Positions 1-12,253 of a stretch of 59,409 bases of DNA are shown here, one piece after another. How positions within the stretch are numbered: the stretch's first letter is position 1; each line of letters opens with the position of its first letter. The translations under genes and the position numbers were made by a program. This DNA is from Octopus sinensis. Taxonomy: Eukaryota. The notes under the pieces were generated by a model. It was not told the DNA's origin. It made no database searches and saw only the letters and a list, made by a program, of their open reading frames with translations. The stretch is taken from the NCBI RefSeq assembly GCF_006345805.1, contig NW_021832975.1, forward strand, positions 1-59,409, given 5' to 3'.

Positions 1-12
1 TCTCACAATATC

Positions 13-306
13 TTTTACTTGTTTTTCATTTGACTGCGGCTTAAAGAGTTTATTTTAGTCGCAGAAATCGATCCCAGGACTTATTCTTTGAAAGCCGAGT
101 ATCTTACAAGGACGTAAACACACCAACTTTTGTTGTCAAGCGATGATGGGGGTACAGACAGACAGACAGAAACACACCACACACACACATACTCACGCAC
201 ACATATTAGTCGGCTCGAGGCTATAGTAGAAGACACTTACCCAAGGTGCAATGCGGTGAGACTGAACGCGGAACCATGTGGCTGGGAAGCAAGGTTCTTA
301 ACACAC
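13..306 (-). mobile_element. SINE-A copy (tRNA-headed, CORE-like SINE), degenerate
   Basis: Reverse complement matches the family consensus seen in full copies at 16719-17135 and 22118-22552 (GGCAAGTGTCTTCTACTATAGCC core; CCGCAGTCAAATGA..AAACAAGTAAAA tail). Confidence 0.8.
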
Positions 307-836
307 AACCACGGAAACATATTGTATATAATTATTTTTAATTATATAATTTATTGTGGCCAAGAATACCCATCTTTCTCTGAAAAATAGTTATAATTTA
401 TACACTAAATAGATATATTAGATTTATGCTCTACATACACTAAATATATGCTAGAAATATATACGCTTTAAACAGAAAATGTGCGGTAGTCTTCTTTCAG
501 TTTTCATTTTCCCAATCCGCTCATAAGGCTTTGGTTGGCCCAGGGCTATAGTAGAATTCTTGCCCAATGTGTTGCACTGTGGGAAGTAAAAATAAATTCT
601 TCATGGATTCCATGGTTACTTACGCTTCGTTGAGAAATTGCCAGAGAATTTGGTAATCAACACAAGGAGCTGAAGGAATTAGAAAAGAGAGGGCAACATC
701 CATGTTATTAGCGTAAACTAATTGATTAGAGAGAATTTGATAATCATTATATAGAAATGAAAGAGATGAGAGAATGAGAAAGAGAGAGAGAGAAAATAAT
801 GGAAAGATAAATAGATAGAAAGAAAGAAGCAGAAAA

Positions 837-892
<56 letters not shown>

Positions 893-984
893 TTCGATTA
901 AGCTAATTTGTTATCTTGACTCGGATCATCTTTTATCGAGCAGACAGAACTATGACCTGCACTCCAGATGTAATCAAGACGCGG

Positions 985-1510
985 GCATCGTTGCGTCATT
1001 AAGAAGTTCGCTTCTTAACCACGTGTCAACAACGTGGTTTTGGTTTCAGTTCCACCGTGAGGCATCTTGGCCAAGTGTCTCCAACAATTGTCTAGGGTCG
1101 ACCAATGCCTTGTGAGTGAATTTGGCCGACAGAATCAGTGGAAGCCCGTCGTAAATAAATATATATAACCATATATATATATATATCTATATATATATCT
1201 ATATGATATATATATATACATAATACATACATACATACATACATATATCTATATATCTATATATATATTATATATATGTATGTATATAATATATTATTGG
1301 ATATATATATATATATCTATATTATATATATATTATATATATATTATATATATATTACGTCCCCGTAACTTACCGTTCGGCAAAAGAGACCTATAGCATA
1401 ATTACTAGGCTTACAAAGAATAAGTCCTGGTGTCGATTTGTAGACTAAAGGCGGTGCTCCAGTATCCCGCAGTCAAATGACTGAAACAAGTAAAAGAGTT
1501 AAAAGAGTTA
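985..1510 (+). mobile_element. SINE-A copy with its middle replaced by an expanded (TA)n/(ATAC)n tract
   Basis: 5' half (GGCATCTTGGCCAAGTGTCT..GAAGCCCGTCG) to ~1152; 3' half (ACGTCCCCGTAACTT..GACTGAAACAAGTAAAAGAG) 1357-1510. Confidence 0.8.
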
Positions 1511-2379
1511 TATATATGTATGTGTGTGTGTGTGTCTTTTTTCAGTGTTTGAACCCTACTCTACACGCTAATTGACAACCAGTATTGGTTTGTTTACGTC
1601 CATGTAACGTAGCAGTGGGGTAAAAGAGAACAGATTGAAATAAGTACAAATCTTAAAAAAAAAAAAGTACTGGGGTGGATTTGTTCAACAAAATTCCTTC
1701 AAGGCGGTGCTCCAACATGGCCGTAGTCCGAGGAGTAATACAAATAGACGGTAAAAAGACCTGACGAGATTTAATTAGCATTCATCATTGAGCATCTGTT
1801 TTCCTTTCTCCTCATTGCAAAAGTAATTAAACAAAGAATGGAGCAAGAATTTTCAGAATTTGCAGGTGGAAGAATTAATGTAATTAACCGAAGAAAGAAT
1901 TAGCGATGTTGCCAAATCTGTGGCTCAAGCGAATATAAAGACCCAGATTTCGGGGACGCAACAATTCTAGTAAATTAATTAAGTAAAATTGAAATATTCT
2001 AGTGCGAAAAGAAAAACGAAAAACAAAAACAAAAAAATCTTCGGTTATCGCTATTGTAATTAAATTCTATTATAATTAAATTTATATTTAGGAAGAACTA
2101 ATCATTATTACAGGATTTATGCCATAAAGAGAATTTTAGAGTTCCAAGAAGATAAAGAGCAAATAATGATTGTTGACTTTTAAACCGAGTCACATGTTAT
2201 TTAAGGAAAGGTTTAAGATGATCTCTACTGATATTTCATTAGTACTATTTCATTGGTGCTCATTTCAGTGGTGCTCATTATCAATGGACAGATGAAAACT
2301 GAAGTCGACATCGGTTATATTTGAACTCAGAATATAGAGAAATAATTAAATACTGCGACGCTCTAGCGGCATTTCGCCC

Positions 2380-2561
2380 TCTGAGTTCAAATTCCGCCGA
2401 GGTCGATTTTGTCTTTCATCCTTTTGGGGTCAATAAATTAAGTACTAGTTGAATACTGGAATTTAAATCGCCCTCCAACTCCATTCCTCAACTAGTACTT
2501 ATTTCATTGACCTCCGAAAGGATAAAAGGCAAAGTCGACCTCAGCGGAATTTGAACTCAGA
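2380..2561. repeat. Tail-to-tail inverted pair of partial SINE-B copies
   Basis: 2380-2451 (TCTGAGTTCAAATTCCGCCGAGG..AGTACTAGTTG) is the imperfect reverse complement of 2489-2561; spacer about 37 nt. Confidence 0.85.
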
Positions 2562-2729
2562 ATATAAAGAGCCGGAAGAAATGCTTCTGAGCATTGTGAC
2601 TGATACGCTAACGATTCTGCCAGTTCGCTTAGTAGGAAAAAAACTCTTTTCTACTTTAGGCACAAGGCCCGAATTTTTTTTTTTGGTGGTGGTGGTGGTG
2701 GTGGTGGGGGGCTGTCGACTACGCAAATG

Positions 2730-3632
2730 GTGCTTAATTTATCGATCCCGAAAGGATGAAGGGCAAAGTCGACCTCGGCGGAATTTGAACTCAGAACGTA
2801 GCGGCAAACGAAATATTTATTTCTTTACTACCCACAAGGGGCTAAACACAGAGAGGACAAACAAGGACAGACAAACGGATTAAGTCGATTATATCGACTC
2901 CAGTGCGTAACTGGTACTTATTTAATCGACCTCGAAAGGATGAAAGGCAAAGTCGACCTGGCGGAATTTGAACTCAGAACGTAGCGGCGGACGAAATACC
3001 GCTAAGCATTTCGCCCGGCATGCTAACGTTTCTTATTTCTTTATTGCTCACAAGGGGCTAAACATAGAGGGGACAAACAAGGACAGACAAAGGGATTAAG
3101 TCGGTTACATCTACCTCAGTGCGTAACTGGTACTTAATTTATCGACCCTGAAAGGATGAAAGGCAAAGTCGACCTCGATGGAATTTGAACTCAGAACGTA
3201 AAGACAGATGAAATACCTATTTCTTTATTACCCACAAGGGGCTAAACACAGAGAGGACAAACAAGGACAGACAAACGGATTAAGTCGATTATATCGACCC
3301 CAGTGCGCAACTGGTACTTATTTAAACTACCCCGAAAGGATGAAAGGCAAAGTCGACCCCAGCGGAATTTGAACTCAGAACGTAACGGCAGACGAAATAC
3401 TTATTTCTTTACTATCCACAAGGGGCTAAACACAGAGAGGACAAATAAGGACAGACAAACGGATTAAGTCGATTATATCGACCCCGGTGCGTAACTGGTA
3501 CTTATTTAATCGACCCCGAAAGGATGAAAGGCAAAGTTGACCTCGGCGGAATTTGAACTCAGAACGTAGCGGCAGACAAAATACTGCTAAGCATTTCGCC
3601 CGGTGTACTAACGATTCTGCCAGCTCACCGCC
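2730..3632 (-). mobile_element. Head-to-tail array of five SINE-B copies
   Basis: Repeated CGAAAGGATGAAAGGCAAAGTCGACC..GAACTCAGAACGTA core; tails (ATTTCTTTA..CACAAGGGGCTAAAC) begin at about 2816, 3033, 3218 and 3401; only the rightmost copy has the full 5' head. Confidence 0.9.
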
Positions 3633-4119
3633 TTGCTTGGTAGAAAATACTGCTAAGTTGCACACCAAAACCAACAACCTTATGAGTCAAGTTCCCAATG
3701 AAGCGAATCCACAATTTGCTTTCAGTTTTCGTTTGTGACCATCCCTGTTGGCTTTGATGTAAGTACTTCAATTCAAGCTCGTACTTATTTGAACAGTGTT
3801 GCTGATAACTGAATTGACAGAGGACAGGCAACCAACCGTGGGTCCGGTGATTTCGTACCTGTTAACAGCGCTGCAATGCGTATTTTCCGCGAGCATGACA
3901 CATTAATTAGTAACGGAATAATCCAACAAGTTGTGATAGGTCCTCCGTCACTCTCGACGAGGATCATTCAATTCTCTGACTATATGAATTTTTAAAATCA
4001 CAATTTAATTACAAAGAAGCAAAGCAGCAGAAAAAGAAAAAAAAGAAGGGTGGTGGTTGTGGTAGGGGGAAGGAGCAACGGGCCGCACACCCCAAAATAA
4101 ATGGCGTGTTCAGGCCACG

Positions 4120-4347
4120 CCCTGCGGTCAAGACTGTGATGGCGTTGCCGCGGAGAATGGCCAGCAGCACTCGCTGCGGCGTCCACTCCATCTCACGTGG
4201 ATCATTTCTCAGACGGGCTGCTGATATCCCGATTTTGCTGAGGAAAACAGTAGTGCGGGATCCGAGAACACCTGGAATCTCAACGGTAACCCGTACAAAC
4301 TGATGGCGGCCGGTCAGGCCCCTGTATCTATATACATTTCTCTCCTC
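4120..4347 (-). pseudogene. C-terminal RLE-domain fragment of a CRE-like non-LTR retrotransposon
   Basis: Own translation: YRGLTGRHQFVRVTVEIPGVLGSRTTVFLSKIGISAARLRNDPREMEWTPQRVLLAILRGNAITVLTAG, matching the KY..L...F.P.A.ET.G..G...FL..IG......DPRE..W..QR.S.A..RGNA pattern of CRE-clade RLE tails. Confidence 0.65.
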
Positions 4348-5116
4348 TGTGGATCCTTACATCTGAAATTAACATGTTGGGTTGCCGAGTATTCCACAGT
4401 TAAGTGTACCCATAATGCAACCCAAGTCTTAGGTCAAATCAGCCTAATACTATGTAACAAAACTAAAGCTTTAGATTAACGACATACAGTAATCCAACCC
4501 CCGCCCCGCGATAGGTGAAAATCTGTGAAGTAGAAACAGTACTGTATATTTTATATAACTGGTACTTATTTAATCGACCCCGAAAGGATGAAAGGCAAAG
4601 TCGACCTCGGCAGAATTTGAACTCAGAACGTAGCGGTAGACGTAATGCCGCTAAGCATTTGGCCCGGCGTGCTAACGTTTCTGCCAGCTCGCCACCTTAC
4701 AGATTCTGCACAGTTTCCGTTGACTAGATTCACTCACAAGGTACGATTCGGCTATGATTACTCTTTTACTCATTTACTTGTTTCAGTCATTTGACTGCGG
4801 CCATGCTGGAGCACCGCCTTTAGTCGAGCAAATCGACCCCGGGACTTATTCTTTTGTAAGCCCAGTACTTATTTTACCGGTCTCTTTTGCCGAACCGCTA
4901 AGTGATAGTAATTTCTTTTTTTAAATCTCATCTCTATTGAGCAACGAGCACAAAAATGATTGTGAACTAATGCCGAGTACATTCCCTCGTTGGTTTGTCA
5001 CATAAAGACGTTTACTACAGCAGTAGGCATTGCTTGAGAATCTAGTCAGACGTGGGAATAGAAAAAATGAGTTGTCATATATATATAGGAAAAAATATAT
5101 ATGTGTGTCTGTGTGT

Positions 5117-5366
5117 GTGGAGCCGCGTGGCTTAGTGGTTAGGGTGTTGAACTCATGATCGTAAGGTTGAGGTTTCGATTCCTGGACCGGGCGATGCATT
5201 CTGTTCTTGAGCAAAACACTTCATTTCACATTGCTCAAGTCCACTACTCAGCTGGCAAAAGTGAATAATCCTGCGACGGATCGGCGTCCCGTCCAGGTGG
5301 GGGAATTTATACGGCACTGAAACCGGGAAACCGGGCCTTATGAACTGGCATGGCTCGAGAAGGAAC
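5117..5366 (+). mobile_element. tRNA-derived SINE with V-domain-like segment
   Basis: A box TGGCTTAGTGG, B box GGTTTCGATTCC, and GCGACGGATCGGCGTCCCGTCCAGG resembling the V-SINE conserved domain. Confidence 0.7.
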
Positions 5367-5371
5367 ATTTA

Positions 5372-5425
<54 letters not shown>

Positions 5426-5433
5426 TATGTATA

Positions 5434-5632
5434 CTTTATTTAAAAGCAGCAGAAATGTAACAAAAGCTGTTACTCAGAGTTTCACGTTCCCGTTCGCCGG
5501 ACATCTTTGTTAAAATCTTTGAGTAACAGCTTTTGTTATACTCCTGCTGCTTTTAAATAAAGCATATTGCTCTACCTCTGGTGTTTGAGTACTCTTTTTT
5601 ACACCTTGTTTCACATTTATGCGCTTACTCCA
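5434..5632. mobile_element. Penelope-like terminal remnant with 43-bp inverted arms, inserted in (TA)n
   Basis: 5434-5476 pairs with 5520-5562; hammerhead fold between and overlapping the arms; (TA)n on both sides. Confidence 0.65.
5468..5503 (-). ncRNA. Minimal type I hammerhead ribozyme, degenerate core
   Basis: UGU-CCGGCGA-ACG(GGAA)CGU-GAAA-CUC(U)GAG-UA-ACA; stems I, II and III all pair; core deviates at U4C and A6G. Confidence 0.55.
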
Positions 5633-5677
5633 GTATATATATATATATATATATATATAAGCACATACATACATATA

Positions 5678-5715
<38 letters not shown>

Positions 5716-5967
5716 TATAATATATATATATTATATATATATATATGTATATTTGGTGTGTGTGTGTCTGTGCAACGGTACATATATTTGTATAATTTTA
5801 TCTATATATTTTTCTCTACAAATGCAAAGCTTTGTGACTCAGCAAAATAATCAATTTACACCTAAACAAGTGACACAGTGAGAAAAATAGTGGAAAGTTC
5901 TGTAATGTCGAAATGTTCCCCGTTACAACGACCAACAGCCTAACACTGATTCTCTTACAGTCTTACC

Positions 5968-7505
5968 TACCTACATACGTATATCCATACATACAATCAT
6001 ACATACATACATACACACATACATACATACATACATACAATCATACATACATACATACATACATACATACATACATACATACATACATACATGCACACAT
6101 ACACATATATACATACATACACATACATATACATTCATACTATATACACAGACATACTCACACATACATACAAATACACATACACACACGCGTACATACA
6201 TACATACATACATACATAAATATGTACATAGACACACATATGTACTTACATACACATACACATACGTACAACATATACACACATACACACAAACTTATAC
6301 ATACATATACGTACATACATAAATATGTACATAGACACATATATGTACTACCATACATACATGCCTACATTTATACATATATAGATACATACATACATAG
6401 ACACGCATGCATACACATACATATATATACATTCATTTATTCATACTACATACACAGACATACGCACACACATACATACGCATACACACACGCGTACATA
6501 CGTACATAAATATGTGCAGAGACACACAGTTCTTACATACACAGACATACATGCCTACATTTATACATACATACACACATACATACATCCAAACATACAC
6601 ACATGCATACATACGCATACATACACACACATACACACAAACATATACATATATACATACATTCATACATACATAGATTCATACATACATGTAGGCATGC
6701 ATACATACATGCATACATACATACATGCATACATACATACTACATACATACATACATACATACATACATGCACACATACACATATACATACATACACATA
6801 CATATATATACATTCATTTATTCATACTACATACACAGACATACGCACACACATACATACGCATACACACACGCGTACATACATACATACATACATACAT
6901 AAATATGTACATAGACACACATATGTACTTACATACACATACACATACGTACAACATATACACACATACACACAAACTTATACATACATATACGTACATA
7001 CATAAATATGTACATAGACACATATATGTACTACCATACATACATGCCTACATTTATACATATATAGATACATACATACATAGACACGCATGCATACACA
7101 TACATATATATACATTCATTTATTCATACTACATACACAGACATACGCACACACATACATACGCATACCACACGCGTACATACGTACATAAATATGTGCA
7201 GAGACACACAGTTCTTACATACACAGACATACATGCCTACATTTATACATACATACACACATACATACATCCAACATACACACATGCATACATACGCATA
7301 CATACACACACATACACACAAACATATACATATATACATACATTCATACATACATAGATTCATACATACATGTAGGCATGCATACATACATGCATACATA
7401 CATACATGCATACATACATGCATACATACATACATACATGCATACATACATACATACATACATACATACATACATACATACATACATACATACAAACGTG
7501 CGTGC
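5968..7505. repeat. (ATAC/AC)n satellite with a higher-order ~680-bp tandem duplication
   Basis: Unique interrupting words (AAACTTATAC, GTACTACCATAC, GCAGAGACACACAGTTC) recur about 680 bp apart. Confidence 0.9.
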
Positions 7506-8168
7506 ACGCATATGTTAATACATACGAAGATTTAAGTTCCATACATACACTCACAATAAGATTCATTCACAAGGACTCAACAGTGTGTGTGTATGTGTAT
7601 ATATGTGTATTTTTTTTGTGTATATATATATATATATAGATATACGTACATGCACACAAACATAAACACATATGCACACACAGTGCTGTTCAGCAGTTAC
7701 TTTTATCGATCTCCTTTGCAAGTAAAATGCCTTTTCACCATTGGACAATAACATAACTTGAGTTACTGAGGCGGATGTAATGCTTTTCAGGCCAACCAAA
7801 ACTCTAACCAGCTAACCAGCTAACCAACCAACCAACCGACTAACCAACCAACCAACCAACCAACCAACCAACTAACACACTCAACAAAGAAACAAATAAA
7901 TATACAATAATGTGGGCGGGAGCAACTACAGCAACAACAACAACCACAACAATACTAAATATCAAATAAATAAATGAATATATAAAAAATAACCACAGGT
8001 AAAAATTACTGTAGAAGTGGAAGTATAAAAAATATATTGAAAGCTAAGAACACTCCCTTCCCTGCCGAAATAACTAGGCGGTAAGATCAAAAGCAACAGA
8101 GATGTAAACAAAAATAACAAAAGCATTTATAATTGCTCCCTACCGGTGATGGCAGATGCTTAAAAGTC

Positions 8169-8227
<59 letters not shown>

Positions 8228-8264
8228 TAATAATGATGATGTTGATTATGTTGACGATAAAGAA

Positions 8265-8322
8265 TGAGTCAAAAATGGCGGAAAGGTACAGCGAGATATT
8301 GTATGACGTCATTGTCCTTCCG
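8265..8322 (+). promoter_or_regulatory. Cluster of AP-1, YY1/Kozak, CRE and ETS-like motifs (possible promoter or first micro-exon)
   Basis: TGAGTCA 8265-8271, AAAATGGCGG 8272-8281 (ATG 8275), AG|GT at 8285/8286, TGACGTCA 8304-8311, CTTCCG 8317-8322. Motif co-occurrence only. Confidence 0.25.
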
Positions 8323-8460
8323 CTTAAGGCTAATGTGGACAGAATGAATCAAAACAAACGAATTGTACACAGGCGTTTTATTATGTTTTTTTTTTACCTT
8401 TTTGCCGGGTTTGAACTAATGACAAGCTTGGTTGGTGATAACGATGATGATGATGATGAA

Positions 8461-8512
<52 letters not shown>

Positions 8513-8822
8513 GTGATGACGATGATGATGGTGATGGTGATTCTCATGGTGATGATGACGTTAATAATGAGGATTATCGTATGTTGTTTGTAGTGTACAA
8601 CAATAATAATTACCAGAGTAATCGCCTTGAACTTTGGTAGTAGCAGTAGTAGCAGCAGCAGCACCATTATTAGTTGCAGTAAGAGCAATATTGTTACTAC
8701 TAGTAGTAGTAGTAGTAGTATTTGTAGTATTACTACTTGTAGTAGCACCCGTTTCAGTGGTGGTGGTGGTGGTGGTGGTGGTGGTAGTAGTAGTAGTAGT
8801 AGTCGTAGTAGTCGTAGTAGTC

Positions 8823-8875
<53 letters not shown>

Positions 8876-9496
8876 TTCTAATTCGAGCACAAGACTCGCA
8901 ATTTTGAAGAGGCGAGGCTAGTCGATAACATCAACTTCAATATTCGACCGATTCTTTATTTTCATCGACTCCGAAAGATGCAGGGCGAAGCTGACCTCAG
9001 CGGGATTTGAACTCAGATTGTTAAGAGCTATAACTAAATGTTCCAAAGGAATTTTGTTTTTCGCCGCTCTGGTTATTCTAGCAATTGCCTTTTACCTATA
9101 GGCGAAAGGCCTGAAATTTCGGTGGGTAGGGCTAATCGATTACATCGACTCCAATATTTGATCGGTACTTTATTTTATAGACCCGATATGACGAAAAGTA
9201 AGGTCAACCTCGACGGAATTTGAACTCAGAATGAAAAGACAGACAAAATACCGCTATATATGTGTGCGTGTATGTGTTTGTATTTGTCCCCATATCATCG
9301 CTTGACAACCGATGTTGGTGTGTTTACGTCCCCGTAACTTAGCGGTTCGGCAAAAACTGAGTGATAGAATAAGTACTAGGCTTACAAAGAATATATCCTG
9401 GGTTGATTTGTTCGACTAAAGTATGTGCTCCAGCATGGTCGCAGTCAAATGGCTGAAACAAATAAAAGAATAAAAGAAAAAGAAAAAGAAAAATCT

Positions 9497-9665
9497 GGAA
9501 CAGAGTGTCCAGTAGAACTGTTACGAAAGGTTTGTCTCCTTGGCACGGTCAGAATAATCTGGAAAGTATTGGGCAGCTGAAAAGAACGAATACGCATGGA
9601 ACCGTAGACTGCAGGTACGCATGTATGACTCTATGAGCTCCAAGAAAACCTGTGATAAAGGGAAA
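9497..9665 (+). mobile_element. 3' end of an R4/Dong-type RLE LINE (lineage 1)
   Basis: GTECPVELLRKVCLLGTVRIIWKVLGS* (stop 9578-9580), then a short 3' UTR and (AAT)n. Confidence 0.7.
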
Positions 9666-9681
9666 ATAATAATAATGAGTC

Positions 9682-10133
9682 ACCGAGAATGAGAATTGCC
9701 AAATCCTCTGGGTTGCAATGAATCAGTGCGATCACCTGATCAGACATTGGAAACCGGATATTATTGTGGTGAATAAAATAGAAAGAACATTTATGATAAT
9801 CGACATTGTATGCCCCGGTGACAACAGGGTCAATGTGAAAGAAGAAGAAAAAATAAACAGCTATGACGATTTGAAGTGGGAAATACGAAGGTTGTGGTCA
9901 ATGAGGAGAGTAGACGTGATACGAATAGTAATTGGTGCACTTGGAAGTATCAGCACTCAACTACCAACATGGTTGAAAATGATTGGAGCAGGTGTGAAGG
10001 TAGAACACCTACAAAAATCAACATTGGCTGGAATTGCAAGAATTCTTCGCAGGATTCTTGAAGCATGACCAGTAAACAAGTGTCATCTTAGTCTACTAGT
10101 TGTGCACAGCTGATACTTTCAATCATACCCAGC
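9682..10133 (+). pseudogene. 5'-truncated R4/Dong-type LINE, restriction-like endonuclease domain (lineage 2)
   Basis: TENENCQILW..QCDHLIRHWKPDIIVVNK..IIDIVCPGD..EEEKINSYDDL..IVIGALG..LQKSTLAGIARILRRIL; PD-(D/E)xK motif; open to stop at 10068; flanked by (AAT)n. Confidence 0.9.
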
Positions 10134-10173
10134 ATAATAATAATAATAATATAATAATAATAATATAATAATA

Positions 10174-10226
<53 letters not shown>

Positions 10227-10234
10227 TAATAATA

Positions 10235-10299
<65 letters not shown>

Positions 10300-10302
<3 letters not shown>

Positions 10303-10858
10303 GCCCTGATGCAGTACCAAGCAGCGGCTCTCATGGCTTCTGATCTTAACTGATTGGAAGTGTTATCATGTACATTGTTTTGTCTTGGTATAAAAGATGG
10401 GCTACAGCAAATATTCTGCTCAATACCACATATTTGCTTGTCAGTTGTTTGACCTTAATCAGTTGAGCATGTCCCTCAGTGGCTGACGATATGTGCATCT
10501 CTGATCACGAGCAGAAGTAGTGGGGGAGCATCATAGCCATGTGTTGAGAGGGATTCTTTGGGGTTTGAATAATTCACCTCTGGAAACATGGGTGTTTCAT
10601 TGAACATCCTTAAACAACATCCTTAATCAGGGACCTTTTGAGTGGGATGGGTTACCCGACCAGAAGAAAATTCTAACTGGGCTCCAGCCGCAAGGTCATG
10701 CGCTATTTATCTTGTTATGAGATCACCATGTTGCGCACATATGGTTGTGATGCATGTGCCTAGTGTACCCTTATCAGACGGGTAGTCATGATGGGTATAC
10801 TGGGCTTCGCATATTTTACCCCAGTGTCACTTTGATGGCATGCACTGCTCTCTCACTC
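10300..10858 (+). mobile_element. ~560-bp non-coding (AAT)n-associated element, full copy
   Basis: Starts AATGCCCTGATGCAGTACC, ends CACTGCTCTCTCACTC; near-identical copies at 12250-12805 and 49051-49607; (AAT)n both sides. Confidence 0.9.
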
Positions 10859-10917
<59 letters not shown>

Positions 10918-10931
10918 TAATAATAATAATA

Positions 10932-10963
<32 letters not shown>

Positions 10964-10978
10964 AAATTTGATAAAAAA

Positions 10979-11078
10979 TATGTGCTTGGTGTACCCTTAT
11001 CAGACGGGTAGTCATGATGGGTATACTGGGCTTCGTATATTTTACCCCATTGTCACTTTGATGGCATGCACTGCACCA
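10979..11078 (+). mobile_element. 3' fragment of the ~560-bp (AAT)n element
   Basis: GGTGTACCCTTATCAGACGGGTAG..GATGGCATGCACTGC matches the 3' end of 10300-10858. Confidence 0.85.
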
Positions 11079-11084
11079 TCAATG

Positions 11085-11147
<63 letters not shown>

Positions 11148-11245
11148 GTAATAATAATAATGATAATAATAATAATAATAGTGATGATGATGATGATGAT
11201 GATGGTGATGATGATAACGATAATTATAATAATAATAATAATAAT

Positions 11246-12130
11246 GAATTTGTCATAGCTGCTCTGGATCAATGCCTACCTATGAGAAGCTACCAGGCCA
11301 ACATCTTAAAGAACGGCAATAGACCAACATGTTGTGTATGTAAAGAACAAAATGAAACCGTCGATCATGTTGTCTCCATGTGTTGCTTCCTTGCGCCTAC
11401 AGAGTATTTCAACAAGTATAGTAGAGCAGCACAGTATATTCACTAAAAAGACTTGGACCTGCCCCATGATAAAAACTGGTGGGAACACAAATCACTCCCA
11501 GGGCTTGAAAATGATCACATCCCACTCCTCCTGAAATTTACTGTTCAAACTAACAGAAAGATAGATGCAAATAGGCCAGACATTATATTGAAGGATTTCA
11601 TACAAAAATCATGCTTCCTCATTGGAAACAGAATATCTTGAAACAGGAATTGGCAAAATGTGGAACTTCAAGGCTAAAACAATACCTGTTGTCATAGGTG
11701 CCCTAGGAATGATAGCAAAAGGGGCTGATTGATACCCACCTCAGATACCAGGAAATCCCCAAATGGAAGAAATTAAAAAATAGTGCTCATGGGAACGGCT
11801 CATATCCTACCTAAAATATTTCTATGTAATCCCCAAAATATTTTAAACTGTAAACAATGTCAAAATACTTTTAAACGTACATAATAACAAACAACTTTTA
11901 CTGTCAACTTAACATCACACTATCATCTTATAATCAAATTACTTTTAAAACAAACTTCTAATTTACTTATGTTGTGACAGGCATTCTCTGGAACAATACT
12001 TTGTGCAAAATCAAATAAATGGCGCTCCAGTCATAACACCGACTTGAATTTCTAACTTTTTGTCTCTTGAGGTTTCTGGGTGAAAGTTGGAGTCAACTTG
12101 TACAAATACAAAGCAAAAGCCAAACATATG
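11246..12130 (+). pseudogene. 5'-truncated R4/Dong-type LINE with CCHC knuckle and RLE domain (lineage 3), plus 3' UTR
   Basis: C-x2-C-x8-H-x4-C (CCVCKEQNETVDHVVSMC), WWEH, NRPDIIL, IPVVIGALG and GTAHIL motifs; stops and deletions; (AAT)n/(GAT)n flanks. Confidence 0.9.
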
Positions 12131-12139
12131 ATAATAATA

Positions 12140-12184
<45 letters not shown>

Positions 12185-12222
12185 TGATGATGATGATGAT
12201 AATAATAATAATAATAATAATA

Positions 12223-12249
<27 letters not shown>

Positions 12250-12253
<4 letters not shown>

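Noticed and set aside
2816-3632. CRISPR-like regular repeats
   Set aside because: Units are ~185-230-bp SINE copies with no unique spacers; eukaryotic context and no cas genes.
3650-3980. Unique-looking segment with short ORFs
   Set aside because: No recognisable motif or splice pair; left unannotated.
5567-7566. Long His/Thr/Tyr and Val/Cys/Met ORFs
   Set aside because: Translations of (ATAC/AC)n satellite; open in several frames on both strands. The same applies to 14562-18255, 26121-29310 and 54777-56684.
10480-10590. CTGACGA in the 560-bp element as a hammerhead core
   Set aside because: No helix II plus GAAA geometry; no HDV-like fold recognised at the 5' end either.
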